From assembly GCA_951406725.2 (NCBI GenBank), contig OX597816.1, positions 116,808,001 to 116,872,000 on the forward strand: 64,000 bases of DNA. Direction: 5' to 3'. A program made the translations under genes and the position numbers. How positions within the stretch are numbered: the stretch's first letter is position 1; the number at the start of each line of letters is the position of its first letter. Positions 13,323-26,903 of the stretch are shown here, piece by piece. The notes under the pieces were generated by a model. The model did no database searches. It was not told the origin of the DNA and worked only from the letters and a program-made list of their open reading frames with translations. This stretch comes from Octopus vulgaris. Its lineage: Eukaryota.

Positions 13323-13689
13323 TAATAACTAGGAAGTGGAGGAGATAGGGATATTTTTTATGAGCCACAAGGGCTTATGGACAAAATAACAAAAATAGCA
13401 TTGGTTAAAAAGCTAAGACCAACAATAACAATAAAGACATATCAATGATATATATATATATATATATAATGATAAGCAGCAATCCAAACACAAGCACATG
13501 GTCAAGAGTTTAAACAGATGTGGAGTTGATTGCATGGACTCAGTTATTTCACTGGTACTTTATTTTATTGATCCCAGAAAAAAGATGGCAAAATGGATTT
13601 TGGCAGGATTTGAACTTAGAATTTAAAGAGGAGCAACAAATTCTGCTAGGCATTTCATTCAATTTTCTAATAATTCTGTCAAATAATAA

Positions 13690-15250
13690 CTGGAAAGAGT
13701 TACATGCTGTACACAAATGCACCAGAGGAATTGACATGAAATTTGGTTTAGTAAAATTTGCTAGAACAACTTTAAAGAAAAGAAAATAATGACTTCAATT
13801 TTTGCCACAAAGCAAGCAATTTCAAAGGTAGCAGTAAATCAAGTTTATTGACCCTGATGCTCAGCTGGTACTTATCTTACTGAACTCAAAAGGGATGAAA
13901 GGTGAAGTTGGCCTAGGCAGAATTTGAGCACAGAATGTAAAGATGAATGAAATGCTGCTAATTATTTTACCCATTGTGCTACCTTAAACTTAATTAAGAA
14001 TAAAACTATTGATTATGTGTTAAATAAAGAAACAAGAAAAGAATGTAGCAGAACAGATTGAAGATTTAATGGACAAGTAAAAAGATAATGCATGTAAAGT
14101 TTAAAAAGAAATATTATAGACAAAACTAAACACTAAAATAAGGCAATAGGTATCAACACTTCAGCTATTCCAATAAAGAAGAGAATTATTCCGCCACCCA
14201 TCCAGTCCTTGAGAATTTTCTCTGTTGTAAGCATTTGTGACAGGCTTCTGGTGTCAGCACAATTTCTTCTCCTTCTCTTGTCGGTCTTAGTGTCTCTGAA
14301 AGATAGTGGATTATAGGCACAGCTCTTTCCCCTTAGACTAAGCTATAAATAAAGATATAGCTTTAATATTCCTAACTGGGAACTAAGTGAATTAGTAATG
14401 CTAAGCAAACAAACAAGAAAAATAATGAACACATTTAGGATACTCTGCCAAACACAGAAATATTATATGTACCCTGAATACAAAAAAGCAGGAGCCATCT
14501 GAAAGAACATTGTTATAAAAAATATCTAGTAAAGAAGAGAGAAACTTATACAAATAGTTATAAAACATGAAAATATAGAAAAATTGTTTCCAGTTCTCAA
14601 TAAAGTAAACAAATATAAGCCGTATTAGGGAAGGACAACTGTGAGGAGGACTCTTAAATATCTGAAAACTGAACTGAAAATAGAATTGCCTGGAGTGAAG
14701 CTAAGACATTATAAAGCTTTGACATGACCAGTATTTGGTGATACAGAATGAAACGAAAATGGATAAACAACAGCAAAATATGGAAAAGTGGGAAAGAAAT
14801 AATTAATATTATTTCTTGGTGTCCAATTTTAACCATTGACAAAACTTCAGCAGGCTTGACTGAATGAAGGTGTCATACACTGGATATTATGCTAGCATTA
14901 TGAAATAATAACTGAAAGAAGAGGTAAAAACATACATCAGAAAAAGTGAAAATGACAAGGTAACTTTATTCTGGAATGGGCTAATTTGCATAGACAAGAA
15001 CATCAACAGTAATCAGTTAAATATTGTTAAGACCTATCAAGATCGTGAAACAGATATAATCAGAATGTTGCAACTGGAAACAAAAATAATTCCTATAATA
15101 GGAATATAGAAATTGACTTAATTTAACATGAAAATACATATATCGCATGTTTAAACATGGAGTAGTAATGGGATTATGTACAATTTCTCTGAAAAGCATA
15201 GGTTATAGCAATTAATTGAAAACATCAACAAGGTTTATAATCTTTTTCTT
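13690..15250 (+). pseudogene. Highly decayed R4/Dong-like LINE fragments interspersed with SINE remnants
   Basis: HKCTRGIDMKFGLVKFARTTLKK (~13710-13785) matches HGFTKEIDMKFELEKCAKVTMKR of the 29-33 kb element. ENDKVTLFWN (~14948) matches ENKKATILWD. Confidence 0.55.
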
Positions 15251-15713
15251 GGATATTCTGGGGTTAAAACTCTGTATTTCATAATTTCAAGTTGCTTCCT
15301 TTTGTACATAGTTCATTCATGTGTTTTTTAATTGAGACTTTTGATCTGTGAGTCACTTTCACATTGTTCCTTTTGAATTCCTACTGGTGGAATTTTTGAC
15401 TGTGCAGATCATATTTTCTGATTATTTACCTGAAATTGACTCAAACACTATTTAAATTATCATTAGTTCTTTTCCCCATCCACTATGCAGAACAGACCAA
15501 TTGAACAAAGCATTGATTCAGTTATGTAATTTTCTTTACCTTCCACATGTGGTCAACAACATATCAAACTGTACAGACTTCTAGCACATGAAAGTATTGA
15601 GTACTTTTAATAATTGATTACAATAGCAATACACACACTGTGTGTGCATGTTATTTTTAGCAAAAAGATGTTCCTCAAATGCAATAATATATAGTCTTAT
15701 ATATATTACACAC

Positions 15714-15790
<77 letters not shown>

Positions 15791-15843
15791 TATAGAGAGA
15801 GAGAGAGAGAGAGAGAGAAATAGATAGACAGACAAATAGATAA

Positions 15844-15898
<55 letters not shown>

Positions 15899-17176
15899 CA
15901 AATTTACATACATGTACATGTATACTACACATGCACACATAAATACACAGATACACACCCACTCACACACATGCACACACACACACACACTCAAGAATCT
16001 ATGTAATACTTGATTATAAACAATACATCATATACATTACATCTTTCTTCCTTGACATTAATATTCAGTTTTTCAAAAACTGTAATGTATTTTTAGGGTT
16101 TCTTGTGTTAAATTAAAATGATAATTTTGAAGATTATATTTTGTTCGATATATTTGCATTAACTTTAGCTCAATTTTGTGAATATTTTTACATTTTTATA
16201 TTCCTTTTCTTTTCTTTTTTGTGAAACAAATAATTACATGAATAAAATACAGGATTAAACTCCAGTAACTGAAAGCTATATGATTAAACCAAAAGTAGGT
16301 ATAGGATCAGCAAATATCTCAAATATAATTATAATATAGACTGGGAGTTCACTGATTCTCAATTCCCAATCCACTTCTATCTATATGATAGTCCTTGAAA
16401 CAATCATGAAAGTATTTAATGGCAGAACGACGTAAAAGAAGGTTCAGTCCTGGAATGCAATTCAACTCAATTTTATTTTTATATTCTGTTATTCATTTAT
16501 TGGTTTTAGTCACATCTTGGACTGTAGTCATGCTGGAGCACCACCTTTAAAAATATTTTAGCCAGTTATGACATTCCAAATATGCTGTTAAATATTTAGT
16601 GTTGTATTTATTTTGTAAGAAAAGAAAGACAGGTTGTGTTTGGTATAAAAAGAGATGTAAGTTGGTTGTAATTAAACACGAGATGTTTTTTACTCATTAT
16701 ACTATCAATACACACAGAAACATATATATGCATGTGTGTGTATGTGTGTGGGTGTATATATATGTTTGTATGTATGTGTGTCTGTGTGTTTATGAATATG
16801 TATATATACATAAATACACACACACACATACATATCATAAACATTATCTTCTTTTAACAACCATTGCCCATGCTGGCATTGGTTGGACAATGTGACCAGG
16901 AATGGTAAGCTGAGGGGCTGCATCAGACTCCAACCTGATTTGGCATGGTTTCTATGGTTAGATCCCCTTCCTCATGCCAACCACTCCAAGAGAGTAATGG
17001 GTGCTTTTACATGCCACCGGCACAGGTGCCAGTTACATGACACCAGTATCTTCCATGACTATGATTTCACTTGGCTTGTTGGGTCTGGGTCTTCTTCTCA
17101 AGCACAGCATAAGGTCTCACTCATTTGTCATTGCCTTCGTGAGGCCCAATACATATATAAGTGTATATATAGGTAT

Positions 17177-17210
<34 letters not shown>

Positions 17211-17846
17211 GTGTATGAGAGACCTGCATGGTGTGGATGTATGTGTTTTCAAAACAAAACTGGATTTCCTCCTGTCAAGGATTCCAAATGAGCCTACCTC
17301 ACAGCAGGAAACACAGATGTGGGCAACAACATCAAACTCCTTTATTCACCAAATGCCACATATCAGAAGAGTTTCAAATAATAGTGTAACACAGCCAACC
17401 GTGGTGCCCCAGTATGACTACAGCTTTAAAACTGAAAAAATTTAAAGAATTAAAGAATATATATTCATATATACATACATACAGATATATATTTGTATGC
17501 ATGTATGTAAATATGTGTGTTTATATAAATATGCATAAGCACATGTGTACATCTGTGTGCATATCTACCCATGCCTCAGGCCAACCTCTTCCTCCAGTCA
17601 TTCTAGTATACCTTGTCCATTTAATTCAGATATCTTTGTTTCTTTCTCTCCATATGTTTTCTCTCCTCATCTTTCTTTTCTATAGAAGAGAATAGACTCA
17701 AAACGTTGAAGATTTCTTCTATTTACCTGGACACAAACCTTATACACCTTGCTTGTTATTCTTTTAACTCATTTTTGTAGCTATTTTCTTTTCACCAGAT
17801 AGATAGGTAGTTAGATGGGAAGGTAGATAGGTAGATAGATGGACAA

Positions 17847-18062
17847 AGCGGCGAGCTGGCAGAAACGTTAGCACGCTGGGCAAAATGCTTAACGGTATTC
17901 TGTCTGTTCAAATTCTGCTGAGGTTGACTTTGCCTTTCATCCTTTCGGGGTCGATAAATTAAGTACCAGTTACGCACTGGGGTCGATGTAATCGACTTAA
18001 TCCCTTTGTGTGTCCTTGTTTGTCCCCTCTATGTTTAGCCCCTTGTGGGAAATAAAGAAAAA
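17847..18062 (+). mobile_element. tRNA-derived SINE, Meta-domain-like core, inserted in (GATA)n
   Basis: Well-preserved copy: gcggcgagctggcagaaacgttagcacg...ttcaaattctgctgaggttgactttgcctttcatcctttcggggtcgataaattaagtaccag. More diverged copies lie at ~12400-12560(-), 13800-13980(-), 33374-33530(+), 37269-37430(+) and 38450-38590(-). Confidence 0.85.
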
Positions 18063-18276
18063 AGATAAAAAGATAGATGGACAAACAGAGGGACAGAAGA
18101 ATGGATGGATGGCTGGGTGGCTGGCTGGGTGGCTGGCTACTGGCTGGCTGGCTGGCTGGCTGGATGGATGGATGGATGGTTGGTTGAATAAATAGAGATG
18201 TAGCTACTAACTTGCTACATACATCAATCAATCAGTAGATAGATAGAAAGATAGATATAGAGATAGATAGATAGAT

Positions 18277-18316
<40 letters not shown>

Positions 18317-18607
18317 ATAGATAGGTAGATAGATAGATAGATAGATAGAGGGGGAGAAAAAGGGAGAAATTCACACACACATATACTTTCTACAGAAACT
18401 CAAATACAAGTAAATAAATATAGAAAATAATAATCCATACTGATATGCATATTCTTATAAATATATGATGAGATACTTATATATATGTACATGTTTAATG
18501 ATTGATAAACATACATACATACATATAATTATATATGTGTATATATATGTGTGTGTGTGTGTGTATGTATATATGTGCCTGTGTGTATGTGTGTACACAT
18601 ATATATA

Positions 18608-18669
<62 letters not shown>

Positions 18670-18991
18670 ATATGTGCATATATATACATAGCCTATATAA
18701 TCTCTTAGGATACCATCATCAATAAGTGCTTTATATTTTTCTTGTCATTTTTAACCATTATCTTTCTTTAACATTCTTTTACCAGAGTTGAAGCATTTTT
18801 CAATGCACTCACCTACTTATTATTCACTCCCTCCCTTGCCCTCTTTCTTCCTCTCTCTTTCTAAGCTTCTTTCACTCACTCTCTCTCTCTCTTTCTCTGA
18901 ATAGAAGAATTCTGATTAGAGAAAAATTCTCAAAGGACACATGTGCAAATCAAGTAATAGCCCTTTGTAATATTTCAAGAGTAAGTCAAAG

Positions 18992-19062
18992 TCTCCGTAG
19001 TTCAATGATTAGCATGCTTACCTGATCAGCAGGAAATTCATAGTTCGATTCCCTTTGGGGAG
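18992..19062 (+). pseudogene. tRNA-like sequence (tRNA pseudogene or isolated SINE head)
   Basis: A-box-like tagttcaatga and B-box gttcgattccc at tRNA-like spacing. Ends are partly complementary (tctcc.../...gggag), but stems are imperfect. Confidence 0.45.
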
Positions 19063-19140
19063 TTTCTCATAAATTTTAAGAGAGGGCCATGACATTCAGT
19101 CATATATATATATATATACACACATATCCATTTGTATGTG

Positions 19141-19197
<57 letters not shown>

Positions 19198-19396
19198 TTA
19201 TTTATATATTAATATGTGATTCAAGGGTCCAGAGTTTTGTGCATTGGTGCTTATCAAATGCCAGTGTACGAAACTTTTGACTCCTGAGTCACTCTGCTAC
19301 TGCTATCAATTATTAATGAAAAGCATATATATACACTCATGTTTTGAGTTCTACTTTTCCTGCTTGCATCACCATACCTACATATATATAAACATG

Positions 19397-19455
<59 letters not shown>

Positions 19456-19460
<5 letters not shown>

Positions 19461-19790
19461 AAGGTGGTTACAATACCACTGATCGTAGGAGCACTAGGAA
19501 TGATCAGGAAGGGAACCGAAAATTATATGAGAATGATCCCTGGCTTACCATCCCTGCAAGAAGTGCAAAAGATTGTCTTAACTGGTACATCACACGTATT
19601 GAGAAGAGCATTGTCGATGTGAGAACTATTACTACCCATGTATTTTAATTTAACTTTAAAAAAAAAATGAACGAACTAGTAAGTTTAGTGTAATGGCCTA
19701 CCAATGTATAATATGAGTTTCTTTGCCCTAGGAGTCGGGAAGACACTTGGCAAGAAATGGAAGCAAATTTGAAAGAAGAAGAAAAAAAGA
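19456..19790 (+). mobile_element. R4/Dong-like LINE 3' fragment, direct duplicate of 20847-21185
   Basis: Near-identical sequence encoding LKVVTIPLIVGALG...LRRALSM plus 3' UTR. Confidence 0.85.
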
Positions 19791-20642
19791 TAATAATAAT
19801 ACTAACAAGAATTATAATAAGAATTATAATGATAATAATAGTAGAGCATCTCATCTCATCACAGGATGACCTGGGCTGACACCAGATGAATACAAAAATC
19901 ACTACAACAGGGTAGGGCAGTATTTATATTGAAAACTATGTTAACACTACAAAATCAGCACTCCTGCTTACTGGTATTAACATCATCCTGAGACAATAGT
20001 TGAAGGTAAAAATGTCACTATCCTCTGGGATTTTCCAGTCAACACTGACAGACCGATCCAGGATAATCAACCAGACATAGTTATTAAGGACAGGGAAGAA
20101 TATAGTTGTAAACTAATAGATGTAAGCGTTCCCACTGATAAAAATATATTTCTAAAAGAATTTGACAAATTAAGCAGATATAAAGACCTGGAAATTGAAA
20201 TACAAAAGATGTGGCATCTTAAAGTGAGAACTGTTCCTGTTATTGTGTGTGCCCTAAGTATAATAAGAAAGGGATGTCAGAAACATCTAGATAATATCCC
20301 AGGAGAACCATGTTTTAGAGAAATCCATAAGATTGTGCTGACAAGTACTGCCCACATACTTAGAAAAACCCTATCAGTTTAAATGTCCGTGTTGTATTAC
20401 ATGCAGATATTTTGCTACTGCCCCTGCCACTTCCTCACCCCAAACTCTCACGTATACTGTAACATCTCTTATCCTTCACTTTCCCTAGGATGCTGGGTGT
20501 GTCTTAGCAAATTATTGTAACAAACATGCAGATTAAATGAAAATGATGATGATAATAATAATAATAATAACAAAGGTTTCTTTCATTGGCAACAAGGGCC
20601 CAAGACATGGTGGACAATATCAAAGAACGAGTAATAAAAATA

Positions 20643-20677
<35 letters not shown>

Positions 20678-20684
20678 AATAATG

Positions 20685-20736
<52 letters not shown>

Positions 20737-21472
20737 TAATAATAATAATAATAATGAGCATCCCCTGTGATCATAATATCTTGGTGAAAGAGTTTGACAA
20801 GCTCAGAAAATATAAAGACCTGCTCATTGAAATTGAGAAAATGTGGCATCTCAAGGTGGTTACAATACCACTGATCGTAGGAGCACTAGGAATGATCAGG
20901 AAGGGAACCGAAAATTATATGAGAATGATCCCTGGCTTACCATCCCTGCAAGAAGTGCAAAAGATTGTCTTAACTGGTACATCACACGTATTGAGAAGAG
21001 CATTGTCGATGTGAGAACTATTACTACCCATGTATTTTAATTTAACTTTAAAAAAAAAAATGAACGAACTAGTGAGTTTAGTGTAATGGCCTACCAATGT
21101 ATAATATGAGTTTCTTTGCCCTAGGAGTCGGGAAGACACTTGGCAAGAAATGGAAGCAAATTCGAAAGAAGAAGAAAAAAAGATAACAATAATAATAATA
21201 ATAATAACAATAATAATAATAAATTAACATGGGCATCTCATGAGTGTGCTCAATCAAAGTAAATCTTGGGTTATGTAACAAGAATAATGACAAATAATGG
21301 TATTATTTTAGTTGAAGAATGAGAAAAAAGCAAAGTTCACCTTCTGTATCATTTGGACTGCAAATGAACATAAGAAAATGAAATTAAAAGCAATATTTTA
21401 TTTATACACATATACGCATATATATACATACTTATAAATATGTACACATACACATACATATGCATGTGTGTA

Positions 21473-21534
<62 letters not shown>

Positions 21535-21594
21535 TGCATGTGTGTGTGTGTATGTATATATAGGCATATATATATGTATATATATATATATATC

Positions 21595-21671
<77 letters not shown>

Positions 21672-21684
21672 ATATATATATATG

Positions 21685-21746
<62 letters not shown>

Positions 21747-21850
21747 GGAGTAAACACATAAATGTGAAACAAGGTGGAAAAAAAAGAGTACTCAAATACC
21801 AGTGGTAGAGTAATATGCTTTATTTTAAGCAGCAGAAAATTCAACAAAAT

Positions 21851-21888
21851 CTGTTACTCTGAGTTTCTCGTTGCCGTTCATCAGACAG
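21851..21888 (-). ncRNA. Minimal type-I hammerhead ribozyme motif in the inverted Penelope pLTR
   Basis: Exact reverse complement of the motif at 26508-26545. Confidence 0.7.
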
Positions 21889-22855
21889 TTTTTGCTAGAA
21901 TGGAACATATATATTAATTCAATCTATACTCTTACAAACGCTACACCTTTAAAAAGAAATGGACTTGTTTGATTGGCCCTTTAGAAAAAACGGTCAATCT
22001 TCGAGCGATAAACAAAAAGGTCAAAAATATATGTATATATATATAAAAAACTTATAAAAATTATAAAATCCGAGGAAAAAACCGAGGAAAAAACCTATTG
22101 CCGTTAATGAAGACAGTACAAATTAATGCATAGAAATTAAACCTGTTATAAATACTGCAATACATATTTATATTAAAATCCACATATATATATCAACATA
22201 CACAAAAGGATGCGCGTAAACGCCATACATACATATACAGACGTATGAATATGAATCTAAATTATACACATAAAAGCATGTGTACATATATTCACGCAAA
22301 CCGTCTCGCACGCAAGCTAAAATTCATCTATGTAGCAATTCTCATATACTGAGCAAGGAGGGGGAACGAAAGAAAGGGAAAGAGAGAAAAAAGAAACGAA
22401 GGAGGGGTGGGGAAAACTTGTAGCGATATTATTGGCATCTATAGAGGCCAGTATACATACACAAGTTTGAATTGATACATATACATACCGTCGTGTGTAT
22501 GCGTGCTTAAGCACAAGCATACTTTCACTTACACATACACAGATACGCATGCTTACAAATATATATGCTTTGCTATATACAAACTTATATAAACATTCTA
22601 AATTTGACAACATTGCTTTTTTTAAAAAAAACATTGCTTTTAAAAAAATGGGTGCATTAATAAAAATATATACGAAAGACATATAAAATAAAATATAACA
22701 TCCTATTTTGGGTCATATATAAATAATCAAGGTAATATAAATAATCAAGGTAATCTTATGCAATACAATAACATGAAAACAAAGTTTGTAGGTTTTTCCT
22801 AATATATATGTAGAAACAATAAGACTTTGCTATAGGTCCTTCGTAGCGCTCAAAA

Positions 22856-24192
22856 ATTGAAATTATTATGCATGCGAGGAAATCGCTTCTGTTTTTCGAG
22901 GATTCCACCTGGATTAAGAAGACTGAGGATTCTCTTTTCGATGTACCGATGGGGGCATACGACGGGGCTGAATTATGTATGCTCATAGGAGCCTTTATTC
23001 TCCATAATCTAAAAATAGAATTCCCATTCATAGATGCAGGTCTATATAGGGATGACGGCCTTATAGCCACGCATAATCTAAACGGCCATGAATCAGATAG
23101 ACTTAGGAAGGACCTTATAGCTTTCTTTCAAAGGATGGGCTTACGGATTACGATAGATACTAACCTGAATAGTGTAGATTTTTTTAGACGTAAATTTTAA
23201 TGTAAGATCGGATAGATTTAAACCTTTCCGTAAGCCCAATGAAAAGCTATCGTATATTAGCAAAGATTCGAACCATCCACCAGTTATCCTTAGCAACTTA
23301 GTCAGCAATGTAGGTAGAAGAATATCTTCAATTTCTTCGGACGAGGCAGCATTCCATAATGCTGCACCTTATTACGATAGCGCATTAAAGAATAGTGGAT
23401 TCTCGGAGAAGATCCAGTTCAACCAGCTTAATGCTAATAATAATGCTGCACGAAGAACTAGGACCAGGAAAGTTTTGTGGTTCAACCCGGCTTTCAATTT
23501 GGCCGTAAAGACTAATATAGGTAAAGAATTTTTGAGATTAGTCTCTAAGCATTTTAGGCAGGGTCATAAATTCTACAGAATATTTAATAGAAGAACCCTG
23601 AAGGTTAGCTATTCTTGTTGCAGAAATTTCGCCTCTTACATTAGCCAACATAATAGGAAGCTAATTGAGATTAGACATGGTGCCGAGCCCATTAAGAAAT
23701 GTAATTTCAAAAACGAAAGCTCCTGTCCGTTACAAGGGAAATGTCTAGTGAAAGGAGTAGTTTATAGAGCCAAGGTGCAAGTGGAAGGCTCATCGGAATA
23801 CAAGACATACACAGGGGCTTCAGAAAATTCATTTAAAACAAGATTTTATTCTCATAAGAATTCTTTTAAATACCCAGAGAACAGAAAGAAAACCAGCCTA
23901 GCAAAATATGTCTGGGAACTAAAAGAAAAGGAAGCCCCACCTTTCAACGTGACATGGAGCATTCTGGACAGGGCGGCACCATACAGGCATGGAGCTTACA
24001 AATATAATTTCAAGTGCAGGCTCTGCTTATTAGAAAAAATGCACATATTATTCAAAGACAATAATTCTTTGAATCAAAGAAGTGAATTAATGAACTTATG
24101 TAGGCACACGGCTAAATTTAAAATGTCGAATATAAATATACCATATGGATAGAGTATATATTTTGTATTTTGATTTTTTGATTTTGATTTTG
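22856..24192 (+). pseudogene. Penelope-like element ORF, copy 1 (5'-truncated, +1 T frameshift at ~23180)
   Basis: ORFs 22868-23200 and 23475-24152 match copy 2 almost exactly. A T7 run replaces T6 and breaks the frame. Confidence 0.92.
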
Positions 24193-24215
24193 ATAGCTCG
24201 GAAATTGAAATTATT

Positions 24216-25499
24216 ATGCATGCGAGGAAATCGCTTCTGTTTTTCGAGGATTCCACCTGGATTAAGAAGACTGAGGATTCTCTTTTCGATGTACCGATGG
24301 GGGCATACGACGGGGCTGAATTATGTATGCTCATAGGAGCCTTTATTCTCCATAATCTAAAAATAGAATTCCCATTTATAGATGCAGGTCTATATAGGGA
24401 TGACGGCCTTATAGCCACGCATAATCTAAACGGCCATGAATCAGATAGACTTAGGAAGGACCTTATAGCTTTCTTTCAAAGGATGGGCTTACGGATTACG
24501 ATAGATACTAACCTGAATAGTGTAGATTTTTTAGACGTAAATTTTAATGTAAGATCGGATAGATTTAAACCTTTCCGTAAGCCCAATGAAAAGCTATCGT
24601 ATATTAGCAAAGATTCGAACCATCCACCAGTTATCCTTAGCAACTTAGTCAGCAATGTAGGTAGAAGAATATCTTCAATTTCTTCGGACGAGGCAGCATT
24701 CCATAATGCTGCACCTTATTACGATAGCGCATTAAAGAATAGTGGATTCTCGGAGAAGATCCAGTTCAACCAGCTTAATGCTAATAATAATGCTGCACGA
24801 AGAACTAGGACCAGGAAAGTTTTGTGGTTCAACCCGGCTTTCAATTTGGCCGTAAAGACTAATATAGGTAAAGAATTTTTGAGATTAGTCTCTAAGCATT
24901 TTAGGCAGGGTCATAAATTCTACAGAATATTTAATAGAAGAACCCTGAAGGTTAGCTATTCTTGTTGCAGAAATTTCGCCTCTTACATTAGCCAACATAA
25001 TAGGAAGCTAATTGAGATTAGACATGGTGCCGAGCCCATTAAGAAATGTAATTTCAAAAACGAAAGCTCCTGTCCGTTAGAAGGGAAATATCTAGTGAAA
25101 GGAGTAGTTTATAGAGCCAAGGTGCAAGTGGAAGGCTCATCGGAATACAAGACATACACAGGGGCTTCAGAAAATTCATTTAAAACAAGATTTTATTCTC
25201 ATAAGAATTCTTTTAAATACCCAGAGAACAGAAAGAAAACCAGCCTAGCAAAATATGTCTGGGAACTAAAAGAAAAGGAAGCCCCACCTTTCAACGTGAC
25301 ATGGAGCATTCTGGACAGGGCGGCACCATACAGGCATGGAGCTTACAAATATAATTTCAAGTGCAGGCTCTGCTTATTAGAAAAAATGCACATATTATTC
25401 AAAGACAATAATTCTTTGAATCAAAGAAGTGAATTAATGAACTTATGTAGGCACACGGCTAAATTTAAAATGTCGAATATAAATATACCATATGGATAG
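24216..25499 (+). CDS. Penelope-like (Naiad-type) RT C-terminal half + GIY-YIG endonuclease, 5'-truncated, copy 2
   Basis: RT motifs DVPMGAYDGAELC, YRDDGL and VDFLDV; thumb SNHPP; linker WFNP, KVSYSC and CN-x6-CPL; GIY-YIG-like GVVY...YTGASENSFKTRFYSH; C-terminal CRLCLLEK and RSELMNLCRH. N-terminal RT motifs are absent. Confidence 0.92.
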   Translation: MHARKSLLFFEDSTWIKKTEDSLFDVPMGAYDGAELCMLIGAFILHNLKIEFPFIDAGLYRDDGLIATHNLNGHESDRLRKDLIAFFQRMGLRITIDTNLNSVDFLDVNFNVRSDRFKPFRKPNEKLSYISKDSNHPPVILSNLVSNVGRRISSISSDEAAFHNAAPYYDSALKNSGFSEKIQFNQLNANNNAARRTRTRKVLWFNPAFNLAVKTNIGKEFLRLVSKHFRQGHKFYRIFNRRTLKVSYSCCRNFASYISQHNRKLIEIRHGAEPIKKCNFKNESSCPLEGKYLVKGVVYRAKVQVEGSSEYKTYTGASENSFKTRFYSHKNSFKYPENRKKTSLAKYVWELKEKEAPPFNVTWSILDRAAPYRHGAYKYNFKCRLCLLEKMHILFKDNNSLNQRSELMNLCRHTAKFKMSNINIPYG

Positions 25500-26650
25500 A
25501 GTATATATTTTGTATTTTGATTTTTTGATTTTGATTTTGACTTTTGAGCGCTACGACGGACCTATAGCAAAGTCTTATTGTTTCTACATATATATTAGGA
25601 AAAACCTACAAACTTTGTTTTCATGTTATTGTATTGCATAAGATTACCTTGATTATTTATATTACCTTGATTATTTATATATGACCCAAAATAGGATGTT
25701 ATATTTTATTTTATATGTCTTTCGTATATATTTTTATTAATGCACCCATTTTTTAAAAGCAATGTTTTTTTTAAAAAAAGCAATGTTGTCAAATTTAGAA
25801 TGTTTATATAAGTTTGTATATAGCAAAGCATATATATTTGTAAGCATGCGTATCTGTGTATGTGTAAGTGAAAGTATGCTTGTGCTTAAGCACGCATACA
25901 CACGACGGTATGTATATGTATCAATTCAAACTTGTGTATGTATACTGGCCTCTATAGATGCCAATAATATCGCTACAAGTTTTCCCCACCCCTCCTTCGT
26001 TTCTTTTTTCTCTCTTTCCCTTTCTTTCGTTCCCCCTCCTTGCTCAGTATATGAGAATTGCTACATAGATGAATTTTAGCTTGCGTGCGAGACGGTTTGC
26101 GTGAATATATGTACACATGCTTTTATGTGTATAATTTAGATTCATATTCATACGTCTGTATATGTATGTATGGCGTTTACGCGCATCCTTTTGTGTATGT
26201 TGATATATATATGTGGATTTTAATATAAATATGTATTGCAGTATTTATAACAGGTTTAATTTCTATGCATTAATTTGTACTGTCTTCATTAACGGCAATA
26301 GGTTTTTTCCTCGGTTTTTTCCTCGGATTTTATAATTTTTATAAGTTTTTTATATATATATACATATATTTTTGACCTTTTTGTTTATCGCTCGAAGATT
26401 GACCGTTTTTTCTAAAGGGCCAATCAAACAAGTCCATTTCTTTTTAAAGGTGTAGCGTTTGTAAGAGTATAGATTGAATTAATATATATGTTCCATTCTA
26501 GCAAAAACTGTCTGATGAACGGCAACGAGAAACTCAGAGTAACAGATTTTGTTGAATTTTCTGCTGCTTAAAATAAAGCATATTACTCTACCACTGGTAT
26601 TTGAGTACTCTTTTTTTCCACCTTGTTTCACATTTATGTGTTTACTCCGG
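25500..26650 (+). mobile_element. Penelope-like 3' pseudo-LTR/UTR
   Basis: T-rich non-coding region after the ORF that contains the hammerhead motif and ends at a (TA)n array. Its inverted copy is 21745-22855. Confidence 0.75.
26508..26545 (+). ncRNA. Minimal type-I hammerhead ribozyme motif
   Basis: CUGU-CUGAUGA-A-CG(GCAA)CG-A-GAAA-CUC-A-GAG-UA-ACAG. Stem I is CUGU/ACAG, the core boxes are canonical, stem III is palindromic ACUC/GAGU, and the GUA cleavage triplet ends at 26541. Confidence 0.72.
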
Positions 26651-26700
<50 letters not shown>

Positions 26701-26766
26701 CATATATATATACATATATATATACATATATATATATACACACACACATATATATATATATATATG

Positions 26767-26808
<42 letters not shown>

Positions 26809-26868
26809 GATATATATATATATATACATATATATATGCCTATATATACATATACACACACACATGCA

Positions 26869-26903
<35 letters not shown>

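Noticed and set aside
20586-21014. 142-aa ORF with a poly-Ile 'transmembrane' segment fused to a nuclease tail
   Set aside because: Chance read-through from a (TAA)n array into a Dong-like 3' fragment.
22317-22682. 121-aa ORF, mirrored at 25762-26079
   Set aside because: Lies in the Penelope pLTR with no recognisable domain. Its duplication is explained by the palindrome.
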